Assembly: GCA_963730935.1 (NCBI GenBank)
Contig: CAVSTP010000003.1
Span: forward strand, 800,001 to 864,000
From: an uncultured Nitrospiraceae bacterium
GTDB lineage: Bacteria > Nitrospirota > Nitrospiria > Nitrospirales > Nitrospiraceae
DNA: 64,000 bases
Reading direction: 5' to 3'
Positions 9,988 through 20,525 of this stretch are shown in pieces (the first letter of the stretch is position 1; every line of letters begins with the position of its first letter). The position numbers were made by a program, and so were the translations under genes. The notes below the pieces were generated by a model. The model was not told where the DNA came from and did not search any database. It saw only the letters and a list, made by a program, of their open reading frames with translations.

Positions 9988-10884
9988 TCACTGCTGTTGA
10001 GCGAACGGCATTTCCTTAGCCGCACCGACCGGCGGAAGATGCGCGACGGGTGCCTTATCCGCTTTATTGTACAGTGCGAGGGCTTCGGGCATCTCTTCGG
10101 TGAGTCGTTTAATTCTTGTCTCGTGCCCCGGGTGGGTCGACAAAAACTCCTGCGGCTGTTTGCCGTCGGATGACTGCTGCATCCGTTGCCAGACGCGAAC
10201 GGCTTCCTGGGGATCATAGCCGGCGTCCGCCGCCAGCAGCAGGCCGATGTAGTCCGCCTCCGATTCGTGGGCCCGGCTGAATGGCAACAGCACGCCGACC
10301 TGCGTGCCCACTCCCAGCGCGGACATCGCCGCCTGGCTGGTCACCGGACTGAAACCTTGGGTTTGCATGGCGATTGAGGCCCCAACTAGACCGATCTGTG
10401 CCAGGATCCCCTGACTCATCCGTTCAGATCCATGTCGGGCGAGCGCATGGACGACTTCATGCCCAACGATGGCGGCCAGTCCGGACTCATTGTCAGCTAC
10501 CGGAAAGATTCCGGTGTAGACGGCGATCTTCCCTCCCGGCAAGGCAAAGGCATTCTTCGTACCGTCGTCTTTTATCACTGTGACTTCCCACTTGAATTCG
10601 TTTGCCGCCTCGGCGTACTTCGACCGCTTGGCCGCCTCGATGATGCGGGCGGCGATCCTCTGAACCGGCGCGACCTCGGAGGGATTCTGGGACATCTTGA
10701 CCTTCGGATCACTGAGGACGTCCTGATAGGCTTGAGCGCCTAGATTTGCCTCGTACGATCGGGGGACCATGAGCAATTGCCAGCGCTTGGTATAAGGATT
10801 CGTCGCGCAGCCAGTTGCCTCCAAGAGGATGAACGGAAGAAGAAGTAACCAAGGTGATAGCCGAAACGTCATTTCAGCCTCCAT
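9988..10884 (-). CDS. M48-family zinc metallopeptidase lipoprotein (LoiP/Oma1-like)
   Basis: NAFALPGGKI, HEVVH (HExxH), ESEADYIG, FLSTHP. Confidence 0.95.
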   Translation of the reverse strand: MEAEMTFRLSPWLLLLPFILLEATGCATNPYTKRWQLLMVPRSYEANLGAQAYQDVLSDPKVKMSQNPSEVAPVQRIAARIIEAAKRSKYAEAANEFKWEVTVIKDDGTKNAFALPGGKIAVYTGIFPVADNESGLAAIVGHEVVHALARHGSERMSQGILAQIGLVGASIAMQTQGFSPVTSQAAMSALGVGTQVGVLLPFSRAHESEADYIGLLLAADAGYDPQEAVRVWQRMQQSSDGKQPQEFLSTHPGHETRIKRLTEEMPEALALYNKADKAPVAHLPPVGAAKEMPFAQQQ

Positions 10885-10985
10885 GATTCACAAGACTACC
10901 CACTACAGAACATTGTATGTGGCTCTGAGCGGCCATCGTGATTAGGACATTCCCTAGAAGACTCTCGAGAAGGCAAGGGAGCGCC

Positions 10986-11014
10986 TTGACACGTTCACTC
11001 GGGGGCACTACCGT
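10986..11014 (+). promoter_or_regulatory. Putative sigma70 promoter
   Basis: TTGACA-17 bp-TACCGT upstream of the gene at 11052. Confidence 0.5.
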
Positions 11015-11051
11015 GTCAGGACGTACGAACCCATTGCGAGGGAGGCTCAAG

Positions 11052-11276
11052 ATGAATCAGAAAAGACGCTTGCATGATGCCATTGTCGGCCTGCTGGTCA
11101 CGATTGGCGTCGCATTGGGACATTACGTCAGCGCCCACTGGCTGCTGTTGCCAGCCGCCATCGGCCTCACGCTGCTCCAAAGCGGAGTGACCGGCTTTTG
11201 CCCGGTGTACTTCGGGTTGGATCGTCTCCTGCCTGCTGAAGGCGGGACCGACTCCGCCAGTTGTTGCGCGAAGTAA
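11052..11276 (+). CDS. DUF2892 / YgaP-like membrane protein
   Basis: GGAGG RBS; two TM helices followed by LLQSGVTGFCPVY. Confidence 0.85.
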   Translation: MNQKRRLHDAIVGLLVTIGVALGHYVSAHWLLLPAAIGLTLLQSGVTGFCPVYFGLDRLLPAEGGTDSASCCAK

Positions 11277-11283
11277 CCGGCCG

Positions 11284-13038
11284 CTACGAGGTCTGGTTGG
11301 CCTGGATGATGCGGAAGCGTACTTCGTCCGCTTGCGTGTAGGCGGAGGTCCGTTCGCCGGCGAACAGGCCGCAGCGGTAGAGACCAGGCGTCCAACCCCG
11401 TTCAGGAGCCGCCAATCGGAAATAGCCTGATTGATCGCTCATGGCCATCAGCACCTGGTCCTGCGCGATCATCCGCGGATGTCCCATCGCTTCAGCAGTT
11501 TCCAGGAAACACTGGGTGGCGAGAGGCACGGCGTCATAGGAGTCGGACACGAGCCGGAAGACCAGATAGATTTCTGCCTGTGTGGTGGGAAAACTGTCGC
11601 TAGGATTGAGGGGAATAAAGTCATGCTGGCCGGTGGGCAGATCATCGCGCATCACCTTGGCTGCCGGAATGACGAAGCGAAACCAGCTGAAATCAGCATC
11701 CCGTCCCACCAATGTCCCTCCCGTATCCAACGCCCGCTCGGGTTTGAGCCGGTTCAGCACTTCCTCCACTTCCTGCTTGGTTGCGCCTGCGTCAGGATTC
11801 GTGCGGTTCTGAGGTGAACTCGATTGCAGTTCCACTCCGGTCTCCAGAGCGGCCATTTCGGCCGGTACGTGCGGGCGGACCTTTTCCAACCAACGTGAGA
11901 TTTTGTTCTTGTCTAACACGCGGGTGCCCGGGGGAAGCGCGTTGTCTTTGTTCTGAAGCTCGAACAGCACGGCCTTCTCATAGAGGGTGTGAAAGTGCAA
12001 GTAGGCCTCGTCCCACCTTCCCAATTCCACGAGACACTGTCCCATCCGGAAGACGATATCCGAGTACTGGTCTTCCGTCGGATCGAGATCGGAGACCTTG
12101 CCGAAGACGGGGAGGGCCTCTTCGCATTTGCTCAGCTGCATCAGGGTCAGGCCGAATTGATGGGTGGCTGATGGATCGCGAGGATTCAATTCCAGCAGCT
12201 TACGATACATCGGCTCGGCTTCTCTGTAGCGGCCGGCGACAAACAATCGCCATGCGTCCGCGCGCATGAGCGCCCACTGTTTCAGTTGATCCGGAGTGAT
12301 GTCCTTCGGTGTAAATACGGGATCGAAGCGCCGCCCGCGGTCCTGCGAATGTCCATGGAAAACCGTCACGAGCGTATGAGCCGGTAGTTCCAGCGGTGAG
12401 CCCGGCGGGATGCGATCGAGGACGTATTGCACATCGCTCGCAGCGCCTTCGTAATCCAGGACGTCAAAGCGGGCACGCGCCAAGGCCAATCGCCACGCAT
12501 GCATCTCCGGCGCGAGGGCGACCGCCTGTTTGTATGATTCAAGAGAGGCCTCGAGGCGGTCGAGCTTGCGGAGTTCGCGTGCAAGGCGAAAATGAATCAG
12601 AGGATTCTGGGCGTCGATCGACGCAATGCGTCGAAGCTCCTCAATCGACTCGTCCCCGTATCCGGACCGGACCAACAGGCTCCACTTGGCCCATCGCACA
12701 TCCAGGGCTGTGGGCTGTCGGCCAAGCACGGTGTCATAGGCTTGAAGGGCTTGCTGGGAAGCGCGAGAGGTCGTCAGGATGTCGCCGCGGAGCTTGTGAA
12801 GCGTCACCGCATCGGGATTCGCCTCGATGCCTTGATCGAGCGCTTCAAGTGCAGGCGTGATCGCCCCGCTCTCCCAATCCGTCTTTGCACGATCGACAAT
12901 CTGCCGGTCTGAGAGCTCCTGCGAGTCGCCCGAGATTACAGGCGGTGCGGGCAGAAATGACCACAGGCAATAGAGTGGCAGCCACAGCAGTCGGCTTCGG
13001 AAGAACGCTTGATGCGTCCGCGTGTATGGCATGTCCAT
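11284..13038 (-). CDS. Exported tetratricopeptide-repeat protein with a C-terminal beta-sandwich domain
   Basis: Multiple TPR units; C-terminal DSFPTTQAEIYLVF..GWTPGLYRC. Start uncertain. Confidence 0.8.
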   Translation of the reverse strand: MDMPYTRTHQAFFRSRLLWLPLYCLWSFLPAPPVISGDSQELSDRQIVDRAKTDWESGAITPALEALDQGIEANPDAVTLHKLRGDILTTSRASQQALQAYDTVLGRQPTALDVRWAKWSLLVRSGYGDESIEELRRIASIDAQNPLIHFRLARELRKLDRLEASLESYKQAVALAPEMHAWRLALARARFDVLDYEGAASDVQYVLDRIPPGSPLELPAHTLVTVFHGHSQDRGRRFDPVFTPKDITPDQLKQWALMRADAWRLFVAGRYREAEPMYRKLLELNPRDPSATHQFGLTLMQLSKCEEALPVFGKVSDLDPTEDQYSDIVFRMGQCLVELGRWDEAYLHFHTLYEKAVLFELQNKDNALPPGTRVLDKNKISRWLEKVRPHVPAEMAALETGVELQSSSPQNRTNPDAGATKQEVEEVLNRLKPERALDTGGTLVGRDADFSWFRFVIPAAKVMRDDLPTGQHDFIPLNPSDSFPTTQAEIYLVFRLVSDSYDAVPLATQCFLETAEAMGHPRMIAQDQVLMAMSDQSGYFRLAAPERGWTPGLYRCGLFAGERTSAYTQADEVRFRIIQANQTS

Positions 13039-13116
13039 TCCAGCGTGGTGAAGGGTTAGAAACGTTACAGTATCATTATATCGTAGGCATCGCCTGTCGC
13101 CTACCACGTCTCGCGC

Positions 13117-14478
13117 TCACAATTCTTTCGACCAGAAGATAAAAAACCCGTTACGCCCCGGCAGCGGTGGACCACCCCCATGGTCGCTGTAAATCCCAAA
13201 ATTGTAGCTATAGTTGATTTCTATTTGTGAGCGCCACGGCGCTCCAGTCACGACGCCGCCGCCCACCGCGGGCATGGCATCCATTTGAAACTTGATAGAG
13301 CCGTCAGGCTGAAATCGCGCCTGTTCCACGAGGCCCCAGGAACCGCGTATGTAGGGATAAATAAAGAAGATCGGTTCGTAGCGGTATTCGAGATGCCCGA
13401 TGGCGTATTTTCGTGGATATAATTCGTTGAAAGCGACGCTGGGCATCATGGGCAGGGCCAGGGCCTCCCATTCATACCCGGTTGGCCGTCCAGGTAGGCG
13501 GAAGGTCGAAAACCGGTCAAGGTGCTGTCCGATGCCCCCATAGACCGAGGCCACCAGCCGATGCCGCTCACTGTTGACGAACGGCACACCGGCTGCGCCG
13601 ACGGCAAACACGCTTCCCATCAAGTACTCGTGCTCGTCTGAAAGCCCGAGCGGAGGTCCTCCCCAAGCGCTCCACTTGGCGCGGTGCCCGTAAATAAAAT
13701 CGCCGCCAAATGCAAAGCCTCGATGCGGGAGTTCCATCAGATTGCGTTCCAACGCATCCCGGCGGACACGCGCGTGCACGCGCCCCTCATAGGTATCTTC
13801 GGGAACGATGAAGTTCGGGCTCGATTTGCTGGTGCCCTTGAACCACCGATAGCCCGGTTCATAGGTTAAGGACAGCTCCAGCGCGTTGTCCTGATGTCCA
13901 GGATCCAAGAGTCTCCGATAGGCGATCCCCAACCCTCCGAACACGTAACTCCATTCCACTTCGACTTCTCGGATGATTTGTCCTTCGACATATTCCGATC
14001 GACCGAGCGGAATGATCATCGTATTCAATGTCATCCGAAGCTCCCAGCCGCTGGATGAGTGTGACCCGACGTTGTACGTCAAGTCGTTCACCGGACCGGA
14101 AAAGGTTCCGCGAAAGCGCTGTTTCAAATCATCCGAATTGCGCCACACATACAAGGCGCCGAACGGCAAGACCTGATAAAAAGTCGGGCCATTGGGAAGG
14201 TACTCCACCCCGAAGCTTGCGGCAGTGACATTTTTACGATCCCGGGCTTGCACTTTGACAGGCTCGCCCATCACTTCGGTATCGAACTCCTCCCCGGCCA
14301 GCGGCGTCGGCGTCTCTTCTTCCTGGCCATAAGCCGGGGAATTGAAGACAAACACAAAGACAGCTATTAGAAAGGCGACATGTGCGAGGGGAAGTTGGAG
14401 CCTATTGGTGGCGAGCTGACCTGGAAACAGCAGCTTGTTCATCGATTCAGCATCCGTTACGGTAGGAACCTCAGACAC
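13117..14478 (-). CDS. Putative outer-membrane beta-barrel protein
   Basis: Signal peptide, amphipathic aromatic-rich strands, C-terminal FFIFWSKEL. Alternative start at 14442. Confidence 0.65.
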   Translation of the reverse strand: MSEVPTVTDAESMNKLLFPGQLATNRLQLPLAHVAFLIAVFVFVFNSPAYGQEEETPTPLAGEEFDTEVMGEPVKVQARDRKNVTAASFGVEYLPNGPTFYQVLPFGALYVWRNSDDLKQRFRGTFSGPVNDLTYNVGSHSSSGWELRMTLNTMIIPLGRSEYVEGQIIREVEVEWSYVFGGLGIAYRRLLDPGHQDNALELSLTYEPGYRWFKGTSKSSPNFIVPEDTYEGRVHARVRRDALERNLMELPHRGFAFGGDFIYGHRAKWSAWGGPPLGLSDEHEYLMGSVFAVGAAGVPFVNSERHRLVASVYGGIGQHLDRFSTFRLPGRPTGYEWEALALPMMPSVAFNELYPRKYAIGHLEYRYEPIFFIYPYIRGSWGLVEQARFQPDGSIKFQMDAMPAVGGGVVTGAPWRSQIEINYSYNFGIYSDHGGGPPLPGRNGFFIFWSKEL

Positions 14479-14558
14479 TAGGGAGCGCCCTAGGTGGGCA
14501 TGGCAATGTGACTTTGCCAGTGAAAGAGGGGCCGGGCAACCATCGGAGGAAAAGCAGC

Positions 14559-15023
14559 ATGTTTGACGTCATCCTCTATCAGCCGGAGATTCCACCAAAT
14601 ACGGGCAACATCATACGGCTCTGTGCCAATACCGGGGTGCGACTCCATCTCGTAAAACCGTTGGGATTTTCTCTAGACGACCGGCAGATGCGGCGGGCGG
14701 GCTTGGACTATCACGAGTATGCGACGGTCGAGGTTCATGACGATTGGCCGAGCTGCGCGGCGCACTTCCTGGAGAGACGGCTGTTCGCGGTCTCAACAAA
14801 AGGTGCCCAGCGCTACGATCTCAACCGCTATGGCGCCGGCGACGCTTTCTTGTTCGGCCCAGAAACCAGAGGATTACCGGCAGAGTTGCTCGCGCAGTTT
14901 TCCCCTGAGTGTCGTATCCGCCTGCCAATGCTGATGGACAGTCGCAGTTTGAATCTCTCCAACGCGGTGGCGGTGATCGTCTATGAAGCCTGGCGGCAAT
15001 TGGATTTCGGAACTGCGGTCTAA
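14559..15023 (+). CDS. trmL: tRNA (cytidine/uridine-34 2'-O)-methyltransferase
   Basis: LYQPEIPPNTGNIIRLCANTG, RRAGLDYH, FGPETRGLP, RSLNLSNAVA. Confidence 0.97.
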   Translation: MFDVILYQPEIPPNTGNIIRLCANTGVRLHLVKPLGFSLDDRQMRRAGLDYHEYATVEVHDDWPSCAAHFLERRLFAVSTKGAQRYDLNRYGAGDAFLFGPETRGLPAELLAQFSPECRIRLPMLMDSRSLNLSNAVAVIVYEAWRQLDFGTAV

Positions 15024-15037
15024 TTGACGATGGTTCT

Positions 15038-16270
15038 TCAAGACCCAATCGCGCGTGCGTCGGTGAGTTGGAACTGTCCCCGTGCCGTCACGGGATAGAG
15101 GGAAAAGATCGGCGTGTGGGCGGGCACGACGGCCGTGGTCACATTCGGCAGCAATTGAAGATGCATGTTCACGTAGTTAAAGCTCAAGCCATCCTGCCAC
15201 GGTTGGCTGCCGGCTCCCGCATAGGTGGCGGTTTTTTCCGAGGCGTACGTTCGCGTGAGTAATCCCGCTCCTCCCTCCAGCCCGTATTCATGCAAATCCG
15301 GCGCGCCCTGGACCAGCAAGCTGACGGCGTTGGCATCGAACCACACTTTGATGTTGCAGCCGACCTGGACATAGGGGCCCAGTGAATTCGTCCCGTCAAG
15401 GAAGGCGCGCGGCAGCCCGATCTCGTAGGGAACGTCGTCAGGCACTGGCCGATCCACCTTGCCGAGATTGGTTTCCTGCAGCGGTCCGACCGAGACGAAC
15501 AGCAGGTGCGGATCATTCATTTCGATATCAAGCACCTGGTCATCATAGTAGCTGCAGAGCCGTCCCATGTCGTAGCGAAGCGGAAACGAGTACCCGATCT
15601 TCGCGTACCAGATGCGCAAGGCGGCGTCCAACGGATCTTCCGGAGAACGGCTGATTTTGAGATCAAACGGCAGCATCACATACCACGCTCCGGTTCTGGC
15701 GGCGACGAAAGGGGCGCAGGCTCCCGGGAATTCCTTCTGGACGGCCGAGGTCTCGGGCTCGAACCTGCGGGTGGCGGCGGTGAAGTGTTGGGCGATCTTC
15801 GATTCCTTCGAGAGCCGATACTTTTCCTGATAATAGGCGGCAGCTCGCTGCTGGGCAATGGACAGGTAATAGTCCGGCATGTCGGTCTCGACGATGATCC
15901 GTTGGGGTGGACTGCCTGACCCATGACGTTCAGGCTTCATTGCCGCTGAATATATGTCCAGCTCGGCCTTCAGCCGCTGGATGTCTTGATGGATCTGACG
16001 AGCCAGTGCCGGATCGAAAAAGCTTGTCCCCGGCAGGATGTCGAGCGCTTTCTGCAGGCAGTCCAACTTGTGGGTGTAGCGCTTTGGCTCGTCGGCAAAG
16101 GCCTCGGCGGTCGCGACGAGCAAATTGAATTGTTCTTCCGGCACAAGGCCCAAGCTGTTCAGGTTGTGGTCTTTGATGAACGCAAAGGCCAATGGGCCGA
16201 AGGTCTCAGCCTTCCTGATGCACAGCGTCAAGAGGAAATTGTACTGGGCGCGCGCCTCATCCCGCGTCAT
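15038..16270 (-). CDS. Hypothetical protein (helical N-terminus, possible dUTPase-like/DUF6065-like C-terminal domain)
   Basis: 410-aa ORF with normal codon usage; CAPFVAARTGAWYVMLPFDL and VPAHTPIFSLYPV segments. Confidence 0.65.
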   Translation of the reverse strand: MTRDEARAQYNFLLTLCIRKAETFGPLAFAFIKDHNLNSLGLVPEEQFNLLVATAEAFADEPKRYTHKLDCLQKALDILPGTSFFDPALARQIHQDIQRLKAELDIYSAAMKPERHGSGSPPQRIIVETDMPDYYLSIAQQRAAAYYQEKYRLSKESKIAQHFTAATRRFEPETSAVQKEFPGACAPFVAARTGAWYVMLPFDLKISRSPEDPLDAALRIWYAKIGYSFPLRYDMGRLCSYYDDQVLDIEMNDPHLLFVSVGPLQETNLGKVDRPVPDDVPYEIGLPRAFLDGTNSLGPYVQVGCNIKVWFDANAVSLLVQGAPDLHEYGLEGGAGLLTRTYASEKTATYAGAGSQPWQDGLSFNYVNMHLQLLPNVTTAVVPAHTPIFSLYPVTARGQFQLTDARAIGS

Positions 16271-16606
16271 GGCCGGCCATCATAACGGGGCTGCATTCGA
16301 GGGGGCAAGGGCCGGAGTCGGCGAGACACTCGATGGAGTTGGTGTGAAACTTGGGCAGCCGGCAACCAGCGAAGGGCGCCTTGGTGGCGGTGCAGAGGCA
16401 CAGAAAGAACCGATCCAAATCTATGCGTATTATGGTCGTATAACCCCAGTAGATTGACAGCGGAGGGTGTCATTAGTAGTCTAAGCGCCCTGTCATTCCC
16501 GCCCGGAGATGATCGTATGCTCCCCTTCAGGTTTGATGCGGTGAAACCTTGTTCGACCATCAGGACGATACGACAAATCTGCGGCCTGACCTGGCGCAAA
16601 CCAACG

Positions 16607-17851
16607 ATGCGCATGCTTCTTCTGCCACTGTTTTTGTGGGCACTCATCGCCAATTCTACGGCAGCCGACAGTTTTCTTGAGACAGAGTGCCTCCACAAGG
16701 CGCCGGCTGGCATTGCGCTGACCGACCATATCGCCAAGGCCAAGACGGGCAATGTGCAATCGATGTTCTGCGCGGGGGCCATAAAGCTGTACGTATCTAA
16801 GGAATATGACAACGCGATTCCCTGGTTGGAACGAGCCGCCAATGCCGGGCACATGCGAGCGCCGCTTGTCCTCGGTATTCTTTATGAGCAGGGGAGTGGC
16901 GTGAAGGAGGATCCGGCGACGGCAGCCAAGTGGTACCAGAAGGGAATCGATAACGGCAACGCTGCCGCGGCGAGGCGGCTCGCCAATCTCTATCATCTCG
17001 GCACAGGCGTTCCTCACGATGAAGCCAAGTCGAATGAACTACTGAAGAAGGCGGTCGAGATGGGTGACAAAGCGGCTCCTGCTTTTATCGAGAAGCGGGA
17101 ACAGGATCTGAAGGACACGAGGCCCGGTATGACCATCAAAGCGGAGGCATACCGTTTATACAAGCAGAAACAGTTCGCGCAGTCAGCCAAACTGTATCGA
17201 CAATGCGCGGATATGGGAAATGACGCCTGTCAACTTGCGATGGGACAGTTGTATGAGTTCGGCGATGGTGTGCCCAAGGATGAGCGTCAGGCCGCGGCGT
17301 GGTATCGCAAATCTGCGGATCAAGGTAACCCCATCGGTCAAAAAACCCTCGGACTGCTGTATGAACTTGGCAAGGGCGTTCCCGAAAATTGGGCCGAAGC
17401 CGCTCGACTCTATGCCAAGAGCGCTGATCGGTATGGAGAGTCGGCGTTTCTCATGGGCCGTTTGTATGAGTTCGGCATGTCGGTTCCGCAAAACCGCGCC
17501 ATCGCAATCGAGTGGTTCAAGAAAGCCGATAAGATGGGCCATCCCAAAGGCGCCTATTGGGCCAAGTGGCTCAACGATTACAGCAACTGCATAGGCTTTC
17601 GAAATCAGCAGGAACAGAATGAGATACGAGGTTTGCGCTGCCCTGCCGATCCGGTGGGTGTCATATTTCACACCAGCGGCGAGCGGACCGCCTACATTCG
17701 ACAGATGGCCAAGGAGTTCGATCGGTTCGATGCGGAGCGGGCAAGGGAGCAGGCGGCTCTCACCAACGCCACCACCGACACCGCCTGCACGATGGCCGGC
17801 GGCAGATGGACACCGGACAGGCAGGCCACCTTCGGCGGTTCCTGCAATTAG
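16607..17851 (+). CDS. Exported Sel1-like repeat protein
   Basis: Signal peptide from the ATG at 16607; repeated LGxLYExGxGVxxD..A..WYxKxA units. Confidence 0.9.
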   Translation: MRMLLLPLFLWALIANSTAADSFLETECLHKAPAGIALTDHIAKAKTGNVQSMFCAGAIKLYVSKEYDNAIPWLERAANAGHMRAPLVLGILYEQGSGVKEDPATAAKWYQKGIDNGNAAAARRLANLYHLGTGVPHDEAKSNELLKKAVEMGDKAAPAFIEKREQDLKDTRPGMTIKAEAYRLYKQKQFAQSAKLYRQCADMGNDACQLAMGQLYEFGDGVPKDERQAAAWYRKSADQGNPIGQKTLGLLYELGKGVPENWAEAARLYAKSADRYGESAFLMGRLYEFGMSVPQNRAIAIEWFKKADKMGHPKGAYWAKWLNDYSNCIGFRNQQEQNEIRGLRCPADPVGVIFHTSGERTAYIRQMAKEFDRFDAERAREQAALTNATTDTACTMAGGRWTPDRQATFGGSCN

Positions 17852-17933
17852 CCGGCAGAATCGAGTGCAGCAAGGAAGGTACGTTGGCGCAGCGTCGGAG
17901 GTCATGAAGATGCAGAGCTGTCTCGCCGCCGCC

Positions 17934-18449
17934 TTAATCCCCGCGGCTTTGATAGGGCGTGGGATAGAGCAGCCTCAACAGCGAGATGTCATGGTGCCAG
18001 AACCATACTCCGGCAGCAGACACGAGCAGAATGGTGGGAAGGAGAAGCAGCGCCAGCGCCGTGATGTCGCGGAGCGACAACGGCTTCGTCAACAAGTCGC
18101 AGTGTCCGTCGTCGCCGTGCTTGATGGACCGGACCAACAAGGCCGCATTGAGTTGATGGCTTTTGAACACGAATGAATAAAAATCGCCGAGGAGTGGAAT
18201 GGTGCCGATCAGCCCGTTCTTGAAGAGATTATAGGCCATACGCAGCTGCACCTCCCAGGGGACCTGCAGCTGCCGCGCCATGACCAGGATTGCCGCGCCG
18301 CCAATCGTCGCCATCGTATCGCCCACGATCGGAAACAGGCCGACCACCGGGTCGAGGCCGATTTTGGGACGCAATCCTGGGAGGGCCATCGCATTGTCGA
18401 GCACTCGAGCGATGGTTTCCGCTTGTACTTCCTTGTCGCGAACGTTCAT
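17934..18449 (-). CDS. DUF4112-family membrane protein
   Basis: IARVLDNAMALPG..IGLDPVVGLFPIVGD..IGTIPLLGD. Confidence 0.85.
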   Translation of the reverse strand: MNVRDKEVQAETIARVLDNAMALPGLRPKIGLDPVVGLFPIVGDTMATIGGAAILVMARQLQVPWEVQLRMAYNLFKNGLIGTIPLLGDFYSFVFKSHQLNAALLVRSIKHGDDGHCDLLTKPLSLRDITALALLLLPTILLVSAAGVWFWHHDISLLRLLYPTPYQSRGD

Positions 18450-18512
18450 CCAGGCAGCCTAGGCCGTCCGGAGCGGGGCCTGACACTGGTCAAACCCCCA
18501 GGGAGAAGGTGA

Positions 18513-19115
18513 TTACTTCATCTTGTTCGGATCCTGGTAAATCATCAAATGCGAATACGGACTGTCCTCGAACATGATGTAGACGCCTGAGGGATTGGGA
18601 ACGGTCGGCAGGTGAGAGGCGTTGGAATCAAACGGCCACATGACCATCCAGTGCGGCGGTTCCTTGACCACTTTCGCACCTTCGCCCGCCATGACAACTT
18701 TGCCGTTCTTTTCAAGGTGGGATCCCCCCCGCGCCATATAGGCAATGCCAGGCACCGTATTGGACGGTTTGGGAGCATTATTCATTACGTCGGTCATCCA
18801 TTGGTTGCTGGCGGCATCCATACAAATGGGATCGGGGACCGGCAGGTTCATGACCGTGGGAATACAGGTAAAGCCATTCGTCCCCTTTTTCGCTTCCGTC
18901 AGTTTGCCGTCAGCGCCATAGATCATGACACCGGCATCCTTCGAGATGCGGGCAGGGGCCGCGCTGAGCGCCAACGCCGTCTGATCTTTTTCGGACATCG
19001 TCTTGACGTCCTTGACGGTGGATTTTTTGTGGGAGGGCTTGTCGCCAGCCGACGCGACTGCAGGGACAAGGAGCGAGCACGCTATCAAAAGGCTGAAGGC
19101 ACAAAAGCGGATCAT
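18513..19115 (-). CDS. Exported hypothetical protein
   Basis: AGGAGGAG RBS, signal peptide; ALSAAP, GTNGFTC, GIAYMARGG, PPHWM motifs. Confidence 0.8.
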   Translation of the reverse strand: MIRFCAFSLLIACSLLVPAVASAGDKPSHKKSTVKDVKTMSEKDQTALALSAAPARISKDAGVMIYGADGKLTEAKKGTNGFTCIPTVMNLPVPDPICMDAASNQWMTDVMNNAPKPSNTVPGIAYMARGGSHLEKNGKVVMAGEGAKVVKEPPHWMVMWPFDSNASHLPTVPNPSGVYIMFEDSPYSHLMIYQDPNKMK

Positions 19116-19160
19116 GTCTCTCCTCCTGGGCCGGGGTGAACTGCTTTCATCTGAAGCTTG

Positions 19161-20525
19161 TCATTGATCATGCGCGCTCTCGCTCGTGAGGCCGTACTTC
19201 TTGAGCTTGCTCAAGAGTGTTTTGTAGTCGATCTCGAGCGTTTTGGCGGCCTGACTCTTGTTCCCGTCATGCGCCTCGAGGACTCGTTCGATATGCCAGC
19301 GCTCGATGTCTTCGAGGGAGCGCTTGGAAAGCTGACCAGTCTCAGAATCGCGTCTAGGCGCCGGCAGCACCGCCCTGACTTCCTCGCCCGAGATGGCGGC
19401 CGTTCCGGTTCCCATCAACATCAACCGTTCGATGACGTTGCGAAGCTCACGGATGTTGCCGGGCCAAGAGTAGGCGCAGAGCGCGGCAGTGGCCTCTAGA
19501 GACAGCGTTCGTGTCAAAGATCCCGCGGCGCGAAGATTGTGGAGAAAATGTTCCGCCAGCCCAGGCACGTCTTCTTTGCGCTCTCTGAGCGCTGGGACGT
19601 GAAGCGTCACGGCGTTGATGCGGTAGAACAAGTCCTCGCGGAAGCGGCCTTGTGCGACGAGCGTCTGAAGATCCTGATTGGTGGCTCCCACGATGCGAAC
19701 GTCCGCATGAAACATGCGCGTACTCCCAACCGGTCGATACTCACCCCGATCCAGGAACCGCAGAAGACTGACCTGCATGGGAGCCGGCATTTCGGCCAAC
19801 TCATCGAGAAAAAGCGTACCCCCACAAGCGGCCGTCACGAGCCCCGTCTTCGCTCCAACGGCACCCGTGAATGCGCCTTTGTCATGACCGAACAACTCGC
19901 TTTCCAGCAGTTCGCGGTTCATGGCGCCGCAGTTGATTGCGAGGAACGGTCCTTGAGCCCTGCCGCTCAATTCGTGAACGAGACGTGCCACGACTTCCTT
20001 CCCCGAACCGGTTTCCCCCTGGAGGAGCACAGGGGCTTTCGAGGAGGCGGCTTTGCCAATGTGGGTTTTCAGCGTTTTCCAGACCGGACTGAAACCCTCG
20101 ATGATGACATCGCGTGTGTATCCGCCCCGGCGTGCAGCCAGGTTTTCCTGTCGCAAGGCGCGGACCGTCCGGAGTTTCGCCAGAGCCGCTTTCACGGCCG
20201 CTCCGTCAAATGGCGTATCCTTGATGAGGAAGTCCCAGGCGCCTTGCTTCATCGCTTCGACCGCATCCTTCACGTCGCCATGCCCGGTCAGCATCACCAC
20301 CTCGACTCCCGGCTGATGATCAGTCACCCATGCGAGGACGTTCAATCCATCAATACCTGGCATACGCAGATCCGTAATCACGCAGTCGAAGGTCTCGCCT
20401 TGAAGCGCGGCAATACCCGCTTTCCCGTCTGAAGCGACCACGACATCGCAGCCTTCTTCCCGCAGGGTATGTTCGAGCACAAGTCGCACATATTGTTCGT
20501 CGTCGATGATCAGGGCCCGCATCAC
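19161..20525 (-). CDS. Sigma54-dependent response regulator (NtrC/AtoC family)
   Basis: Receiver domain, GETGSGKE, GAFTGA, WPGNIREL, Fis-type HTH. Confidence 0.96.
   Translation of the reverse strand: MMRALIIDDEQYVRLVLEHTLREEGCDVVVASDGKAGIAALQGETFDCVITDLRMPGIDGLNVLAWVTDHQPGVEVVMLTGHGDVKDAVEAMKQGAWDFLIKDTPFDGAAVKAALAKLRTVRALRQENLAARRGGYTRDVIIEGFSPVWKTLKTHIGKAASSKAPVLLQGETGSGKEVVARLVHELSGRAQGPFLAINCGAMNRELLESELFGHDKGAFTGAVGAKTGLVTAACGGTLFLDELAEMPAPMQVSLLRFLDRGEYRPVGSTRMFHADVRIVGATNQDLQTLVAQGRFREDLFYRINAVTLHVPALRERKEDVPGLAEHFLHNLRAAGSLTRTLSLEATAALCAYSWPGNIRELRNVIERLMLMGTGTAAISGEEVRAVLPAPRRDSETGQLSKRSLEDIERWHIERVLEAHDGNKSQAAKTLEIDYKTLLSKLKKYGLTSESAHDQ

Noticed and set aside
19539..20432. 297-aa plus-strand ORF
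   Set aside because: Antisense to the NtrC-family gene, a typical shadow ORF.
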